Shown: positions 18,572-30,018, counted from the stretch's first letter. The stretch: 64,000 bases of DNA from an uncultured Gemmatimonadaceae bacterium (GCA_963761305.1 CAVXGK010000002.1:1408001-1472000), one strand, 5' to 3'. Made by a program: numbers and translations. The notes: generated by a model not told the origin, from the sequence alone.

Positions 18572-18976
18572 ATGGACACACTTCGCAGATCGAGCCCGGC
18601 AATGAGCCGCCGTTCACGCAACGCCGTTCGTATGATGATCGTCCTGGCCGTAGTGACCAGCGTGTGGCTCGTGTCCAGCGAACCGTGGGGCCTTGGAGTC
18701 GAGCAGTTGCTGATGTTTACCGCTCCTGGCGCTCTTCTCGGCCTCGGGGCCGCGTGGGCCGCCCACGGCTCGTCACAGCGCCAATGGACTTGGAAGAGCG
18801 CGCGGCGCGCGGCGCTCGTCGGCGCGGTATCGCTGCCGCCTCTGCTGGCGTTTGTCGTCGCCTGGGACGGCAACGCGCGGCCCCAGCGCCTGCTGGTGGG
18901 CTTCGTCTACGCCGCGTGGGTCGTGTTGATTGGCGGCGGCGTGATGTCGCTCGTTCGGCAGCCCACGGAGCGTTAG
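18572..18976 (+). CDS. Hypothetical four-helix membrane protein
   Basis: Four hydrophobic segments; fills the gap between hsp20 and the PLD gene; start uncertain. Confidence 0.6.
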   Translation: MDTLRRSSPAMSRRSRNAVRMMIVLAVVTSVWLVSSEPWGLGVEQLLMFTAPGALLGLGAAWAAHGSSQRQWTWKSARRAALVGAVSLPPLLAFVVAWDGNARPQRLLVGFVYAAWVVLIGGGVMSLVRQPTER

Positions 18977-18986
18977 TCGGCGCTCG

Positions 18987-20315
18987 CTAGAGGATTCGGG
19001 CCAACATCGCCGCGCCTGCTTCGAGCGCGCGCTGCCAGAGCGACCGCGACGCCAACACGCTCGGCGTCATCTCTTTCGAGAACCGCAGGTCGTCGAAGAA
19101 CACCGAGTCCATCGTCGCCCCGAAAGCCGAGTCGAGCACGACGAGATTGGACTCGTCGTTGAGGGCGAGCGAGTGGTTGTCGAAGTTCATCGAGCCGACA
19201 GTGCTCCAGCAGTCGTCGACGACAATGGTCTTCGCATGCATCATCGCCGGTTGGTACTCGTATACCCGTACGCCGTGGGAGCGGAGCTCCTGGTAGTACG
19301 ACCGTCCGGCCAGCCACGGCGTCCTGACGTCGGTCAACGGGCCAACGGTCAAGATGCGTACGTCGACGCCGCGTTCCGCGGCATCGACGAGCAGCCCTCG
19401 GAAGTCGGCGTTGGGCACGAAATAGGAGTTGGTGATGTAGAGTCGCGAGTGCGCGCCTCGGATGGCGAGCGTGAGGAATTGCTCCGCCGGCGTCGTTCCG
19501 GTCGTTGGCCGCGCGAACAGAACGCCCGCTGCGACTCCACCCGATTCAGAGGCTCCCGACGCCGCACCGCCGGAGAAGAACGGGTCGCCGACGAGCCACT
19601 CGCCGGTCGACTCGTGCCACGCCGCGGCGAATGCCGCCTGAAGCGCCGGCACGGCGGGGCCCTCGAACCGGATGTTCGTCTCGCGCCATTGATCGGAGTG
19701 GCGGCCGTCGCCGAGCCAGTAGTCGGCGAGTCCAAACCCGCCCGTGTAGCCGACGCGTCCGTCGACGACGACGGCGCGCACATGCGACCGCTGGGTCGCG
19801 CTGTGGATCGTGAACCACTCCAGCTCGCGCAGGAGCGCAACGGAGACGCCGCATCGGGTCAAACCGGTGCGCCACGACCGCGGCATTCCGGCGGAACCAA
19901 AGGCGTCGAGCAGCAGCCGAACCTCGACGCCGTGTCGCGCGCGATCGCAGAGGATTCGGGCGAGCGTGTCACTCACCCGCCCCGGCAGCGCGTAGTACAT
20001 CTGCATCGTGATCGTGCTGTGCGATTGGGACAAGTCCCGCCACAGCTCGGGATACGTCCCGTCGCCGTTCAGCAGCAAGCTGACGCGGTTACCCGGATCG
20101 ATTCGGATGCCGGTCGACACCTCGAGCGCGCGAGTAAATCTGGCGTCCGGCACGCGCAGCGCACTAATGGACCCGTTCGAGAAGTAGAGATGCGGTCGCC
20201 GATGCGTCGCGCGCAGAGCCTCGGTGAGGATGATCGCCACGCCGATCAAGCCGAGCGCCAGCGCGCCAAGCCACCGCCGATCGATCGCACGTGAGAATCG
20301 AGCGCGCCCGCGCAT
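18987..20315 (-). CDS. Cardiolipin synthase-like phospholipase D family protein
   Basis: GNRVSLLLNGD, VRLLLDAFGS, SHVRAVVVDG (variant first HKD), ITNSYFVP, MMHAKTIVVD, GSMNFD. Confidence 0.9.
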   Translation of the reverse strand: MRGRARFSRAIDRRWLGALALGLIGVAIILTEALRATHRRPHLYFSNGSISALRVPDARFTRALEVSTGIRIDPGNRVSLLLNGDGTYPELWRDLSQSHSTITMQMYYALPGRVSDTLARILCDRARHGVEVRLLLDAFGSAGMPRSWRTGLTRCGVSVALLRELEWFTIHSATQRSHVRAVVVDGRVGYTGGFGLADYWLGDGRHSDQWRETNIRFEGPAVPALQAAFAAAWHESTGEWLVGDPFFSGGAASGASESGGVAAGVLFARPTTGTTPAEQFLTLAIRGAHSRLYITNSYFVPNADFRGLLVDAAERGVDVRILTVGPLTDVRTPWLAGRSYYQELRSHGVRVYEYQPAMMHAKTIVVDDCWSTVGSMNFDNHSLALNDESNLVVLDSAFGATMDSVFFDDLRFSKEMTPSVLASRSLWQRALEAGAAMLARIL

Positions 20316-20330
20316 GGCACGTCTCGTCGA

Positions 20331-20993
20331 CTACTGGCCGTCCAGCAACCCGAGCCGGAGCGCGAACTGCACGTACTGCGACCGATGCGCCAGGTCGACC
20401 TTTTCCTGGATCCGCTGTTTGTACGTGTCGACCGTCTTCGGGCTAATCTGGAGCTGCGCACCGATTTCTGGCGCTGAATATCCGAGCGCCACGCGCCGGA
20501 GCACCTCGCGTTCGCGCCCAGTGAGTTTCTCGTATCGCTCTCGATCGCTGCCACCTGGACCTTTGGATGCCAGCCGCTGGGCCAAGAGCCTCGTGGCCGC
20601 CGACTGGACGTACACGTCGCCGTGCGCCAGGCCGCGAATCGCGTTGACGAGCTCGCGGTCCGCGTTCGTCTTCACGAGGTATCCCGCTGCTCCCGCCTCT
20701 ATCGCGGGAACCAGATAGTCCTCCTCGGCGTGCATGCTGAGGATGAGCACGCGAGACCCGACCTCGCTGGCGACGATCTCCTTCGTCGCCGCCACGCCGT
20801 CTCCATCGGGCATCGACAAGTCCATCACGACGACGTCGGGGCGGAGGCGCTTCACTACATCGACGGCGTCGTGGCCGTTGCTCGCCTCTCCGACGACCAC
20901 GATGTCCGGGGTGGCGCCGAGCACCGCCCGGAGGCCCGTACGTACGACGCTATGGTCGTCCACCAGCACGACCCGGATTGATTCGCTGATCAT
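20331..20993 (-). CDS. NarL/FixJ-family response regulator (REC + LuxR HTH)
   Basis: VVLVDDH, DVVVMDLSMP, GAAGYLVK, LTGREREVL...ISPKTVDTY. Confidence 0.95.
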   Translation of the reverse strand: MISESIRVVLVDDHSVVRTGLRAVLGATPDIVVVGEASNGHDAVDVVKRLRPDVVVMDLSMPDGDGVAATKEIVASEVGSRVLILSMHAEEDYLVPAIEAGAAGYLVKTNADRELVNAIRGLAHGDVYVQSAATRLLAQRLASKGPGGSDRERYEKLTGREREVLRRVALGYSAPEIGAQLQISPKTVDTYKQRIQEKVDLAHRSQYVQFALRLGLLDGQ

Positions 20994-21083
20994 AAGGTTA
21001 GGTCTCCTCGGCCTTCAGGGTGCCAGCCACCTGATGCGCCCATCAGGTCATCCATAGTCTTGCTTCGACGGATCATCGGGCGT

Positions 21084-21166
21084 GTCAGGGGAATCACCTA
21101 TGCGGCGTTGGGAATTCCCTGAACGATCGCCGGCATCTCCCGTTGACGGCGTGGGTTTCGCCCGAC
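21084..21166. promoter_or_regulatory. 17-bp palindromic sites upstream of the response regulator and L,D-transpeptidase
   Basis: gtcaggggaatcaccta (21084), gttgggaattccctgaa (21107), cgtgggtttcgcccgac (21150). Confidence 0.6.
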
Positions 21167-21211
21167 GGCGGCCGCCGAACGACGTCGGCATAATCGGGGT
21201 GGAGAATCCCC

Positions 21212-21940
21212 ATGCGCGACGTACCATCCGCCGTCTCAACGACCGTTTTGTTTTCCGCCCTCTCAATGGCCGGGCCCGTCGCTCACGCCCAAGCGGCCAA
21301 CTCCGCCGCGCCTAACGTTCACGCCGTCGCGAACAAGGATTCGTCTCTTCGCATCCTGGTCTCGGTGGCGCGGAGAACGCTCTGGGTAGTCATTGGAGCC
21401 TCCGACACGTTGCTCACCGCGCCAGTCGCCGTGGGCTCGGACCGAGCGCTGTCCTACGGCGGTCACCGGTGGACGTTCCACACGCCGCGCGGCGTCCAGA
21501 CGGTTTTGTCAAAGGAGGAGAATCCGGTTTGGATTCCTCCCGATTGGCACTACGTCGAGGTGGCTCGGAGCGAAAAACTTGCGCTCGTGTGGCTGCGCGG
21601 TGACACCACGATCGCGCTTCCGGACGGCTCGTCGCTGGTCATGCGCGACTTGCGTGTTAGCGTCAGAACGGATTCGACGAACGAAGAGTTGGGCGGCGGC
21701 GAGGAAATCGTGCTCGGCAACACGCTCTTCGTTCCACCGATCGGGAGTCCCAATCGCCGCGTCCCGGGGGAACTCGGGAAATACCGCTTGCTGCTCGGCG
21801 AGGGGGTGGGAATTCATGGTACGCCGGACACTGGATCGATCGGTCACGCCGTGACGCACGGATGCATGCGCCTTCGCGACGCCGACCTTTCGTGGCTGTA
21901 CGAACACGTTCCCGTGGACACCCACGTGTACATCTTCTAG
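21212..21940 (+). CDS. L,D-transpeptidase (YkuD family)
   Basis: Signal peptide; PVAVG, NPVWIPP and GIHGT...SIGHAVTHGCMRL catalytic motif. Confidence 0.9.
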   Translation: MRDVPSAVSTTVLFSALSMAGPVAHAQAANSAAPNVHAVANKDSSLRILVSVARRTLWVVIGASDTLLTAPVAVGSDRALSYGGHRWTFHTPRGVQTVLSKEENPVWIPPDWHYVEVARSEKLALVWLRGDTTIALPDGSSLVMRDLRVSVRTDSTNEELGGGEEIVLGNTLFVPPIGSPNRRVPGELGKYRLLLGEGVGIHGTPDTGSIGHAVTHGCMRLRDADLSWLYEHVPVDTHVYIF

Positions 21941-22010
21941 GTATTCCGCCTGACCGCTCCATAGCCATGCGACTTCGCGCACGAAGTGACGACCACAGCG
22001 CTCCGGGCAA

Positions 22011-22727
22011 GTGACACAACCCGGCGATGCGTTGGTCGTGGAGCATCTGACCGTCACCCTCGATGAAGATCAGATCCTTCGCGACCTGACCTTCTCGATT
22101 CCCCTGGGGACGACCTTCGCCATCATCGGGCCTAACGGCGCGGGAAAGACCGTCCTGCTCCGCACGCTCGTCGGCGCGCTGTCTCACACTGGAGAGGTTC
22201 GGTGGGCGCCGGGCACGAGCATCGGGTACGTGCCGCAGAAGCTCGACCTCGAGCGCGATCTTCCGATCACCGGTCTGGATCTGCTGCGCGCAAAAGCGGA
22301 CATCCGTCGCGGACTGCCGGCGGACGTCGCCGCGGCTCTGCGACTCGTCGAGCTCCCCGAACATACGGCGACGAGAACCATCGGCCGCTTGTCCGGAGGC
22401 GAGTTCCAACGCGTGCTGCTCGCGTTCGCACTCATGGGTCGGCCGAATGTCCTGCTGTTCGACGAGCCGACGGCTGGACTCGACGAGCCGGGCGTGCGCG
22501 CCGTGTACGATCTGATTCGGCATTTGCAACGCGAGCGCACACTGACCGTCGTGCTCATCTCGCACGACTTGAGCGTCGTGAACGAGTACGCGGACCGGGT
22601 GTTGTGCCTGTCGCATTCGCACACCTTTCTCGGCCCGCCGGGGGAGGTTCTCACGCCCGAACGGCTCAGAGAAGCCTACGGCGGCGAGATTCGCTTTCAC
22701 GTTCACGACGGCCATGTCGACGCTTGA
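22011..22727 (+). CDS. Metal (Zn/Mn) ABC transporter ATP-binding protein
   Basis: IIGPNGAGKT, IGYVPQK, LSGGEFQRVLLA, DEPTAGLD, ISHDLSVV; His-rich tail. Confidence 0.9.
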   Translation: MTQPGDALVVEHLTVTLDEDQILRDLTFSIPLGTTFAIIGPNGAGKTVLLRTLVGALSHTGEVRWAPGTSIGYVPQKLDLERDLPITGLDLLRAKADIRRGLPADVAAALRLVELPEHTATRTIGRLSGGEFQRVLLAFALMGRPNVLLFDEPTAGLDEPGVRAVYDLIRHLQRERTLTVVLISHDLSVVNEYADRVLCLSHSHTFLGPPGEVLTPERLREAYGGEIRFHVHDGHVDA

Positions 22728-23505
22728 CCTCGTCGTCGGGATCGGAATGTCGGCCGCGGCGGGCCTCGTCGGGTCGATCGCGGTGATGCGACGGATGGCC
22801 TTGGCATCCGACGCGCTGTCTCATGTGGCGCTCCCCGGTGTAGCGCTCGCGCTGTTGCTCCACGCGAGCCCGCTGGCCGGGGGAGTGATCGCGCTCGTGA
22901 TCGGCGTGTTGATCGTGTGGGCGCTCGAGCAACGCACGCGCATCCCGACCGAAGCCGTGATCGGCGTGCTCTTTTCCGCCGCGCTCGCGGTCGGAAGCCT
23001 CATGGCGTCCGGGGAGAATCTGCTCGATGCGCTGCTCGGCTCTCACGGCGGCTCTCGAGGGCTGGATACGACGTTCGGTGTCGCGACGGCGGTGCTCGTC
23101 ATCGTCTTTCTCGTTCGGGCGCGCAGCCGACTCATTGTTCGCCTCGTCTCGCCGGATCTTGCGGTCACCCTTGGCGTCAACGTTGCCCGATTGGATCTGC
23201 TCTACCTCCTCGCGTTCGCCCTGACGGTGGCGCTCGGATTGCGCTATCTCGGCGTACTTCTGATGGGCTCACTCATCATCATTCCCGCGACCACCGGGAT
23301 GTACCTGGCGCGAGACCTGCGCGCCATGCAGACAATCGCCGTCTCGAGCGCCGTCTGCTCGACGCTCATCGGGGCGGCCGTCGCAGGTCGACTGAAACTG
23401 GCGACGGGGCCCGTGATCATCGTCGTCGCAGCGACAATCTTCGTTGTCGCTCTGCTGAGGCGTCGTCCCAGGCGTTCGCGAACGCCGGTGCAAGGAGTCG
23501 CATGA
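22714..23505 (+). CDS. Metal ABC transporter permease (ZnuB-like)
   Basis: RRMALASDALSHVALPG, EAVIGVLF, GVLLMGSLIIIPA, ATGPVII. Confidence 0.9.
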   Translation: MSTLDLVVGIGMSAAAGLVGSIAVMRRMALASDALSHVALPGVALALLLHASPLAGGVIALVIGVLIVWALEQRTRIPTEAVIGVLFSAALAVGSLMASGENLLDALLGSHGGSRGLDTTFGVATAVLVIVFLVRARSRLIVRLVSPDLAVTLGVNVARLDLLYLLAFALTVALGLRYLGVLLMGSLIIIPATTGMYLARDLRAMQTIAVSSAVCSTLIGAAVAGRLKLATGPVIIVVAATIFVVALLRRRPRRSRTPVQGVA

Positions 23506-24266
23506 GCCGCGTACAGGGGAAGGTGGTGTTGGTAACCGGCGCCGCGATGGGCATCGGTCGCGCATGCGCCGAATTGTTGGCCGCCGAAGGCGCCGCGGTC
23601 GTAGCCACCGATCGAGAGACCGCGCTCGGCGCCGCGGTGGTGGACGGGATCAAGAGCGCCGGCGGCAAGGCCGCGTTCGTCGCGCACGACGTCACTCGCG
23701 AGAGCGAATGGTCGCGCGCCATCGATGAAGCACGAAGCGCATTCGGCAAACTCGATGTTCTGGTCAACAACGCCGGCGTGGGCCGTGCCGGCGACGTCGA
23801 GCACGAAACGCTGCAGGCGTGGCACGACCTGCTGGCGATCAACCTCGACGGCGTATTTCTTGGAATCAGGCATGCCATTCCGCCGATGCGCGATGCCGGC
23901 GGGGGTTCGATCATCAATCTCTCATCGATCGAGGGCTTGATCGGCGATCCGTCGCTCGCCGCGTACAATGCGAGCAAGGGCGGCGTCCGCCTGCTGACGA
24001 AGTCGGCGGCGCTCTACTGCGCGAAGATGAAGATCCGCGTCAACTCGGTGCACCCGGGCTACATCTGGACACCGATGGTGCACGGGTTCGCCGAGGCGTC
24101 GGGCCGTCCGGACGAGTTGCGACGCTCGCTCGAACAGCTCCACCCGGTCGGCCATCTCGGCGAACCAATGGACATCGCGTATGGAGTGCTGTACCTCGCG
24201 TCCGATGAATCGAAATTCATGACCGGTGCCGAACTGGTGATCGACGGAGGCTATACGGCGCAGTGA
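23502..24266 (+). CDS. Classical SDR oxidoreductase
   Basis: ATG overlaps the upstream stop; TGAAMGIG, NNAG, YNASKG, IRVNSVHPG, VIDGG. Confidence 0.93.
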   Translation: MSRVQGKVVLVTGAAMGIGRACAELLAAEGAAVVATDRETALGAAVVDGIKSAGGKAAFVAHDVTRESEWSRAIDEARSAFGKLDVLVNNAGVGRAGDVEHETLQAWHDLLAINLDGVFLGIRHAIPPMRDAGGGSIINLSSIEGLIGDPSLAAYNASKGGVRLLTKSAALYCAKMKIRVNSVHPGYIWTPMVHGFAEASGRPDELRRSLEQLHPVGHLGEPMDIAYGVLYLASDESKFMTGAELVIDGGYTAQ

Positions 24267-24458
24267 GCGTCGGGATCCGGACCATATAGCGTCAGCCGTC
24301 TTGCGGATTCGAGTCTTCCCTGGAATCGACTCCCGTCTCCTCTTCCGACACCAGCACGACGTGTCGACATTGCCGTCGGCCCTCTAGGGACTCGGCGGTG
24401 GGCGAGTAACGACGAGCCCTTGTTACGGTCGCCATCGCGGCGTAGCCCCTCCGAAGGA

Positions 24459-25700
24459 TCAATCGCGGAGAGCGGCGCCCGTAACGACGCGCCACGTGTC
24501 GCGCGCGATGAGAAGTTCCTCATCGGTAGGGATGACCCACAGCTCGACGCGAGAACCCGGTCCGTCGAAGCGCCCGTCAGCACCGACGATGGCGGCGTTT
24601 TTCGCGTCATCCATCGTGATCCCCAACCAATCGAGGCCGTGACAGATCTGGGCGCGCACCTCGGGCGAGTTCTCCCCGATGCCACCAGCGAAGACGATCG
24701 CGTCAACGCCATTCATCGCGGCGAGGTAGGCGCCGAGGTATTTCTTGACACGATACGAGAACAACTCGACGGCGAGCTGCGCGCGGCGGTCGGAATGTTC
24801 GCGGGCCTCCGCCAGGAGCTCACGCATGTCGGCCGTCAGTCCGGAAATGCCCAACAGGCCCGACTGCTTGTTCAGCATGGTGTCGAGTGCACGAAGGCTC
24901 ATGCCTTCCTTGACTGAAATGAACTCGAGAATGGCCGGGTCGAGGTCGCCCGACCGCGTGCCCATGACGAGGCCCTCGAGAGGCGTGAAACCCATCGACG
25001 TATCGACTGAGTCGCCGTTCAGGATCGCGCATGCCGATGCACCGTTTCCAAGGTGCAAGGTGACGATGCGCGTTGTCTCGCGCGGCCGTCCGGTCAGTTG
25101 CCGGTACCGATACGAGATGTACCGATGTGAGGTCCCGTGAAAACCGTAGCGGCGCACGCCGTATCGGCGGTAGAACTGGTACGGGATCGCGTACAAGTAC
25201 GCAGTCGCCGGCAGACTGTGGTGAAACGCGGTGTCGAACACCGCGACCTGCGGAACGCCGGGCCCGAGGGAGGCACGCGCGGCTGCGATGCCGCGCAGAT
25301 TGTGTGGATTGTGAAGGGGCGCCAATTCGATGAGATTCTCGAGGTCGCGCGTCACCGTGTCGTCGATGCGGGTGGAATGCGCGAATTGCTCGCCGCCGTG
25401 AACGACCCGGTGTCCGACTGCCTCGATGTCGCTGACTTTGGTGATCGGCACACCCGACTCGTCACTCGTCAACCAGCCGATGATATGCTCGACGGCCGCG
25501 CTGAGATCTGAGATCGACGCCGTGCTCTTGATCGGCCGGCGTCCGGCGGCTTCGAGCGTAAGGATCGCCTCGCCGCCGATGCGGTCGAGTTGACCGCGCG
25601 CCATCCGCCTGTCCGCCGACTCCGCGATGGCCGACTCGTCCGTGTCGACGAGTTGGAATTTGAGCGAGGAAGACCCAACGTTCAGCACGAGAATTATCAC
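24459..25700 (-). CDS. ackA: Acetate kinase
   Basis: [64 protein letters not shown] start. Confidence 0.96.
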   Translation of the reverse strand: MIILVLNVGSSSLKFQLVDTDESAIAESADRRMARGQLDRIGGEAILTLEAAGRRPIKSTASISDLSAAVEHIIGWLTSDESGVPITKVSDIEAVGHRVVHGGEQFAHSTRIDDTVTRDLENLIELAPLHNPHNLRGIAAARASLGPGVPQVAVFDTAFHHSLPATAYLYAIPYQFYRRYGVRRYGFHGTSHRYISYRYRQLTGRPRETTRIVTLHLGNGASACAILNGDSVDTSMGFTPLEGLVMGTRSGDLDPAILEFISVKEGMSLRALDTMLNKQSGLLGISGLTADMRELLAEAREHSDRRAQLAVELFSYRVKKYLGAYLAAMNGVDAIVFAGGIGENSPEVRAQICHGLDWLGITMDDAKNAAIVGADGRFDGPGSRVELWVIPTDEELLIARDTWRVVTGAALRD

Positions 25701-25755
25701 GGAGTACCTCGCGGTCCTACAATAGGCCGGCGCCCTCATCCCGGAGTGACGAGAC

Positions 25756-28242
25756 GTGAACAGCGCGCCGTTCAGCTTTGATCCGACGGTATCGAGCGCG
25801 GTGCCGGCGGCCAGCGCCACACCTGATGGACCGCTCCGGCGCGAATCATCCTCATCGGGGTGGAACGCCGCTTCAGTCGATGGCCCGCTGGCGCCGGACC
25901 TTCTGCGGCGGATGCATCGATATTGGATGGCGGCAAACTATCTGACGGTGGGGCAAATCTTCCTCCAAGACAATCCCCTGCTCCGCGAGCCGCTTCGGCC
26001 GTCACATATCAAGCCGCGTCTGCTCGGACATTGGGGGACCTCGCCAGGGCTCAGCCTCCTGTACGTTCACCTGAACCGCCTGGTCGTCGAACGCGAGGCC
26101 GACATCATCTTTCTCGCGGGACCCGGACACGGCGGCCCCGCGATCGTCGCCAATGTCTACCTCGAGGGCACGTACACGGAGGTGTATCCGGACATCTCGC
26201 GCGACACGGCCGGATTGTGCCGCTTGTTCAGACAGTTCTCGACGCCGGGAGGCATTCCGAGTCACGTTGGCGCGGCCACGCCGGGCTCGATTCATGAAGG
26301 TGGCGAACTCGGATACGTGCTGGCGCACGCGTTCGGCGCGGCATTCGACAATCCGAATCTGATCGTCGTAGCGGTGGTTGGCGACGGCGAGGCCGAGACA
26401 GCACCGCTGGAGGGGGCGTGGAAGAGCACCAGCTTCCTCAATCCGGCGCGCGACGGCGCAGTGCTGCCGGTGCTGCATCTGAACGGATACAAGATCAGCG
26501 GCCCCACCGTCCTCTCGAGGACCGGCAGCGACAACGTAAATCGATTGCTCGAGGGACACGGCTACTCGGTGCATGAAGTCGCCGGCGATGATCCCATGGC
26601 GGTCCATCAGCAGATGGCCGCCGCGCTCGATGAATGTCTGACTCGAATTCGGTCAATTCAATCGGACGCCCGCGCGGTCGGCGCGGCGAACGTTTCGGCT
26701 GCGCGATGGCCAGCCATCGTGCTGCGAACGCCGAAGGGTTGGACCGGACCGAAGGTCGTAAGAGGGCAACCGATCGAAGGGACGTTTCGCGCCCACCAGG
26801 TACCGCTGCCCGAGGCGCGAAGCAGTGCCGACGAACTGGCGGTGCTCGAGGAGTGGATGCGGAGTTACCAGCCGGAGACACTGTTCGACCAGTCGGGGCG
26901 TGTCGTCGCCGACATCGCAGACCTGGCGCCGCGCGCGAGCCGACGCATGGGCGCGAACCCACACGCCAACGGCGGCCAATGCTTGCAGCCCCTCGTTGTA
27001 CCCAACTTTCGCGACTATGCGGTCGATGTCGCCAGGCCGGCCACCGTGTTCCGAGAATCGACGCGACAATTCGGCGCGCTGGTCCGGGATGTGTTCACGA
27101 AGAATGCATCCACCAAGAACTTTCGTTTCTTCTGCCCCGACGAGACGAACTCGAATCGATTCTCGAGCGTGTTCGACGTCGAGAACCGCTGCCTCGTCGG
27201 CCGTCACGTCGCCATCGACGACCACATCAGCTCTGACGGCCGAGTGATGGAGGTGCTCAGTGAGCATCTCTGCGAAGGCTGGCTCGAGGGATATCTGCTT
27301 AGCGGACGGCACGGTCTCTTCGTGACGTACGAGTCGTTCGCCATGGTGTCCGCGTCCATGACCGTGCAGCATACGAAATGGCTCGAGGAGGCGATCTCGC
27401 TGGCGTGGCGCGCGCCCGTGGCGTCGCTCAACGTCGTCCTCACGTCGACGTGCTGGCGGAACGACCACAACGGATTCAGCCACCAAGGTCCCGGGCTGAT
27501 CGACGTGATGCTGTCGAAGCGCGGCACCGTGACGCGCATCTACTTGCCGCCGGACGCGAACTCGTTGCTCTCGGTCGCCGACCATTGCCTCCGATCAAAG
27601 AACTATGTCAACCTCATCGTGATCGACAAACAGCCGCAGCTCCAATGGCTTTCGATCGACGCCGCTTGCGAGCACACGGCGCGCGGCGCGTCGGTGTGGG
27701 ATTGGGCGAGCAACAGCGGCGACGTCGAACCGGACGTAGTTCTCGCTTGCGCCGGCGACACGCCGACGTTGGAAACGGTGGCCGCGGCATGGTGGCTACG
27801 CCGGCTCGCGCCGGAAATTCGCGTCCGGGTCGTCAATGTGGTCGACTTGATGGCTCTTTTTGCGCCGTCGATCCACCCGCATGGGATGTCCGACGAGCGA
27901 TTCACTGAACTCTTCACGCACCATCGACCGGTGGTCTTTGCGTTCCATGGCTACCAGTTCGCAGTACACCAACTCGTGCACCGGCGCCCTCATCCCGCAC
28001 GGTTCCACGTCCGTGGATTCCAGGAGCAAGGAACGACGACGACTCCGTTCGACATGGTCGTCCTGAACGGGATGAGTCGCTACCACCTTGCGATGCTGGC
28101 GATTCGATTCTCCGGCCTGGCGCCGACCCGAGCAAGCGCGTTGACGGACCAGCTGCGTCACAAGATCGACGACGCCGTGCGATACGCCCGCGAACACTTC
28201 GAGGATCCGGCCGAACTCCGCGATTGGACGTGGGAGGAGTGA
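25756..28242 (+). CDS. xfp: Phosphoketolase (xylulose-5-P/fructose-6-P)
   Basis: [61 protein letters not shown]. Confidence 0.96.
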   Translation: MNSAPFSFDPTVSSAVPAASATPDGPLRRESSSSGWNAASVDGPLAPDLLRRMHRYWMAANYLTVGQIFLQDNPLLREPLRPSHIKPRLLGHWGTSPGLSLLYVHLNRLVVEREADIIFLAGPGHGGPAIVANVYLEGTYTEVYPDISRDTAGLCRLFRQFSTPGGIPSHVGAATPGSIHEGGELGYVLAHAFGAAFDNPNLIVVAVVGDGEAETAPLEGAWKSTSFLNPARDGAVLPVLHLNGYKISGPTVLSRTGSDNVNRLLEGHGYSVHEVAGDDPMAVHQQMAAALDECLTRIRSIQSDARAVGAANVSAARWPAIVLRTPKGWTGPKVVRGQPIEGTFRAHQVPLPEARSSADELAVLEEWMRSYQPETLFDQSGRVVADIADLAPRASRRMGANPHANGGQCLQPLVVPNFRDYAVDVARPATVFRESTRQFGALVRDVFTKNASTKNFRFFCPDETNSNRFSSVFDVENRCLVGRHVAIDDHISSDGRVMEVLSEHLCEGWLEGYLLSGRHGLFVTYESFAMVSASMTVQHTKWLEEAISLAWRAPVASLNVVLTSTCWRNDHNGFSHQGPGLIDVMLSKRGTVTRIYLPPDANSLLSVADHCLRSKNYVNLIVIDKQPQLQWLSIDAACEHTARGASVWDWASNSGDVEPDVVLACAGDTPTLETVAAAWWLRRLAPEIRVRVVNVVDLMALFAPSIHPHGMSDERFTELFTHHRPVVFAFHGYQFAVHQLVHRRPHPARFHVRGFQEQGTTTTPFDMVVLNGMSRYHLAMLAIRFSGLAPTRASALTDQLRHKIDDAVRYAREHFEDPAELRDWTWEE

Positions 28243-28310
28243 AGCTCCTCGATCTCTCGGACTGTTGCCCGAACCGCACGTTGGAGTGGAGGTTTGCCAA
28301 AGGTCATCGG

Positions 28311-29964
28311 TCAGGTCCGTGCATCGAGCTCGTACGCTCGGGCGAACGCGTCGTCGATGTCCACCGTGACATTGGCGGCGCCTATCTCGTCTATCGCGCC
28401 CGCCGCGTCGAGCGCGGCGCGAGGTTGCGACTGCACGTCCGCAAGGATGACCTCCGCCCCGGCGCGCCGGCTCCGCCGCACTACGTCTCGCAAGGCGTGC
28501 ATTCCCGTCGAGTCGAGCACGTGGACTTCCCGCATCCGGATAACGAGCACCCGCGGATGCTCGCCGAGGTCGTCCAGCGTCTGTCGAAACGTCTCGACAG
28601 CTCCGAAGAAGAACGGGCCCGTGATTTCGAAGACACTCACGCCCGCGGGAATCGATCTTCGCCACGCGTCGGACGGGTCGATCGACAGATCATCGTCGAT
28701 GCCGCCGGACACGATGCTCACGTTGGTCACGCTGGCCATGCGCCGGATGAACAAGAACGCGGCGAGAACCATCCCGACGGCGATCGCCACGGTGAGGTCG
28801 ACGAGAACCGTGAGGCTGAACGTCGTAAGCAGCACGGCGACGTCGCTCTTCGGCATTCTCAACTCGGCCCGAAACGTCCGCCACTCGCTCATGTGATACG
28901 CGACGACGACGAGAATCGCCGCGAGTACGGCGAGCGGAATCTTCGCCGCATACGAGCCGAAGAAGAGCGTGATCAAGAGCAGAGTCAGCGCGTGCACCAT
29001 ACCGGCGACCGGTGTGCGACCGCCGTTCTTGACGTTCGTCGCTGTGCGAGCGATTGCGCCTGTCGCTGGCATTCCCCCGAACAGCGGTGCTGCAATGTTC
29101 GCGACGCCCTGGGCCATGAGCTCCATGTTCGAGCGGTGCCTGCCGCCGATCATTCCGTCTGACACGACGGCAGACAACAGCGACTCGATCGCCGCAAGCA
29201 TCGCGATCGTGAATGCGGGACCGACGAGGCCCGTAACCTCGGCGAGGGCCAAATGCGGGAGCTGCGGGTGCGGTACCGACGTCACGAGCGGTCCGAAGTT
29301 GGCTACCGATCGTTTCGACGGGAAGGCGCGCTGCATGCGCGACGACGCTCCCGACCACCAGGGCGACGAACGGCGCAGGGATTCGCTGACTGACCCGAGG
29401 CCAGGCGATGAGAATGGCGAGCGAGAGGCCCGCAAGGCCGACGGCTGCGGTGTTCGCGTTCGAGGCATTCGCGGCGAACGCGCCCCACTTCGACACGAAG
29501 TCCGCAGGCACCGAGCCCATTCGCAGACCGAGGAGATCCTTCACCTGGCTCGAGAAGATGATCACCGCGATACCGCTCGTGAATCCGGTGATGACCGGAT
29601 GAGGAATGAACTTGATCGCGCTGCCGAGCTTCGCGAATCCCATGATCACGAGCAGCACGCCGGCCATGAGGGTCGCGACCGTCAATCCGTCGACGCCGTG
29701 CTTCTGCACGATGCCGTAGACGATGACCACGAACGCGCCCGTTGGGCCGCCGATTTGAACACGTGAGCCGCCAAGCGCGGAAATGAGGAATCCGGCGACA
29801 ATCGCTGTCCACAACCCGCGGCCCGGCGTCACGCCGCTCGCGATGGCGAATGCGATGGCTAGCGGAATCGCGACGATTCCGACAATGACGCCGGCGGCGA
29901 GGTCGCGACCGAACTGCTGGCGGGTGTAGCCGGAGAGTGTGGAGTACAGCTTCGGAACGAGCAT
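28311..29964 (-). pseudogene. SulP/SLC26 anion transporter with STAS domain, +1 frameshift near 29301
   Basis: The N-half (DLAAGVIVGIVAIPLAIAFA...GPTGA) and C-half (AIESLLSA...ATGAIART...GPFFFGA) lie in different frames. Coding strand reads ggt agc C aac ttc. May be a sequencing error. Confidence 0.88.
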
Positions 29965-30018
29965 CGAGTTGATCTCTGCTGCGGTGCTCAGCGACGTAGC
30001 GTCGAGTGGTTGCGCGTT

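Noticed and set aside
24292..24438. Short ORF MATVTRARRYSP... downstream of ackA with an RBS-like ggagg
   Set aside because: May be another deletion remnant, but I cannot assign it to any family.
25704..25738. 17-bp motif copies between ackA and xfp
   Set aside because: Matches are too weak to count.
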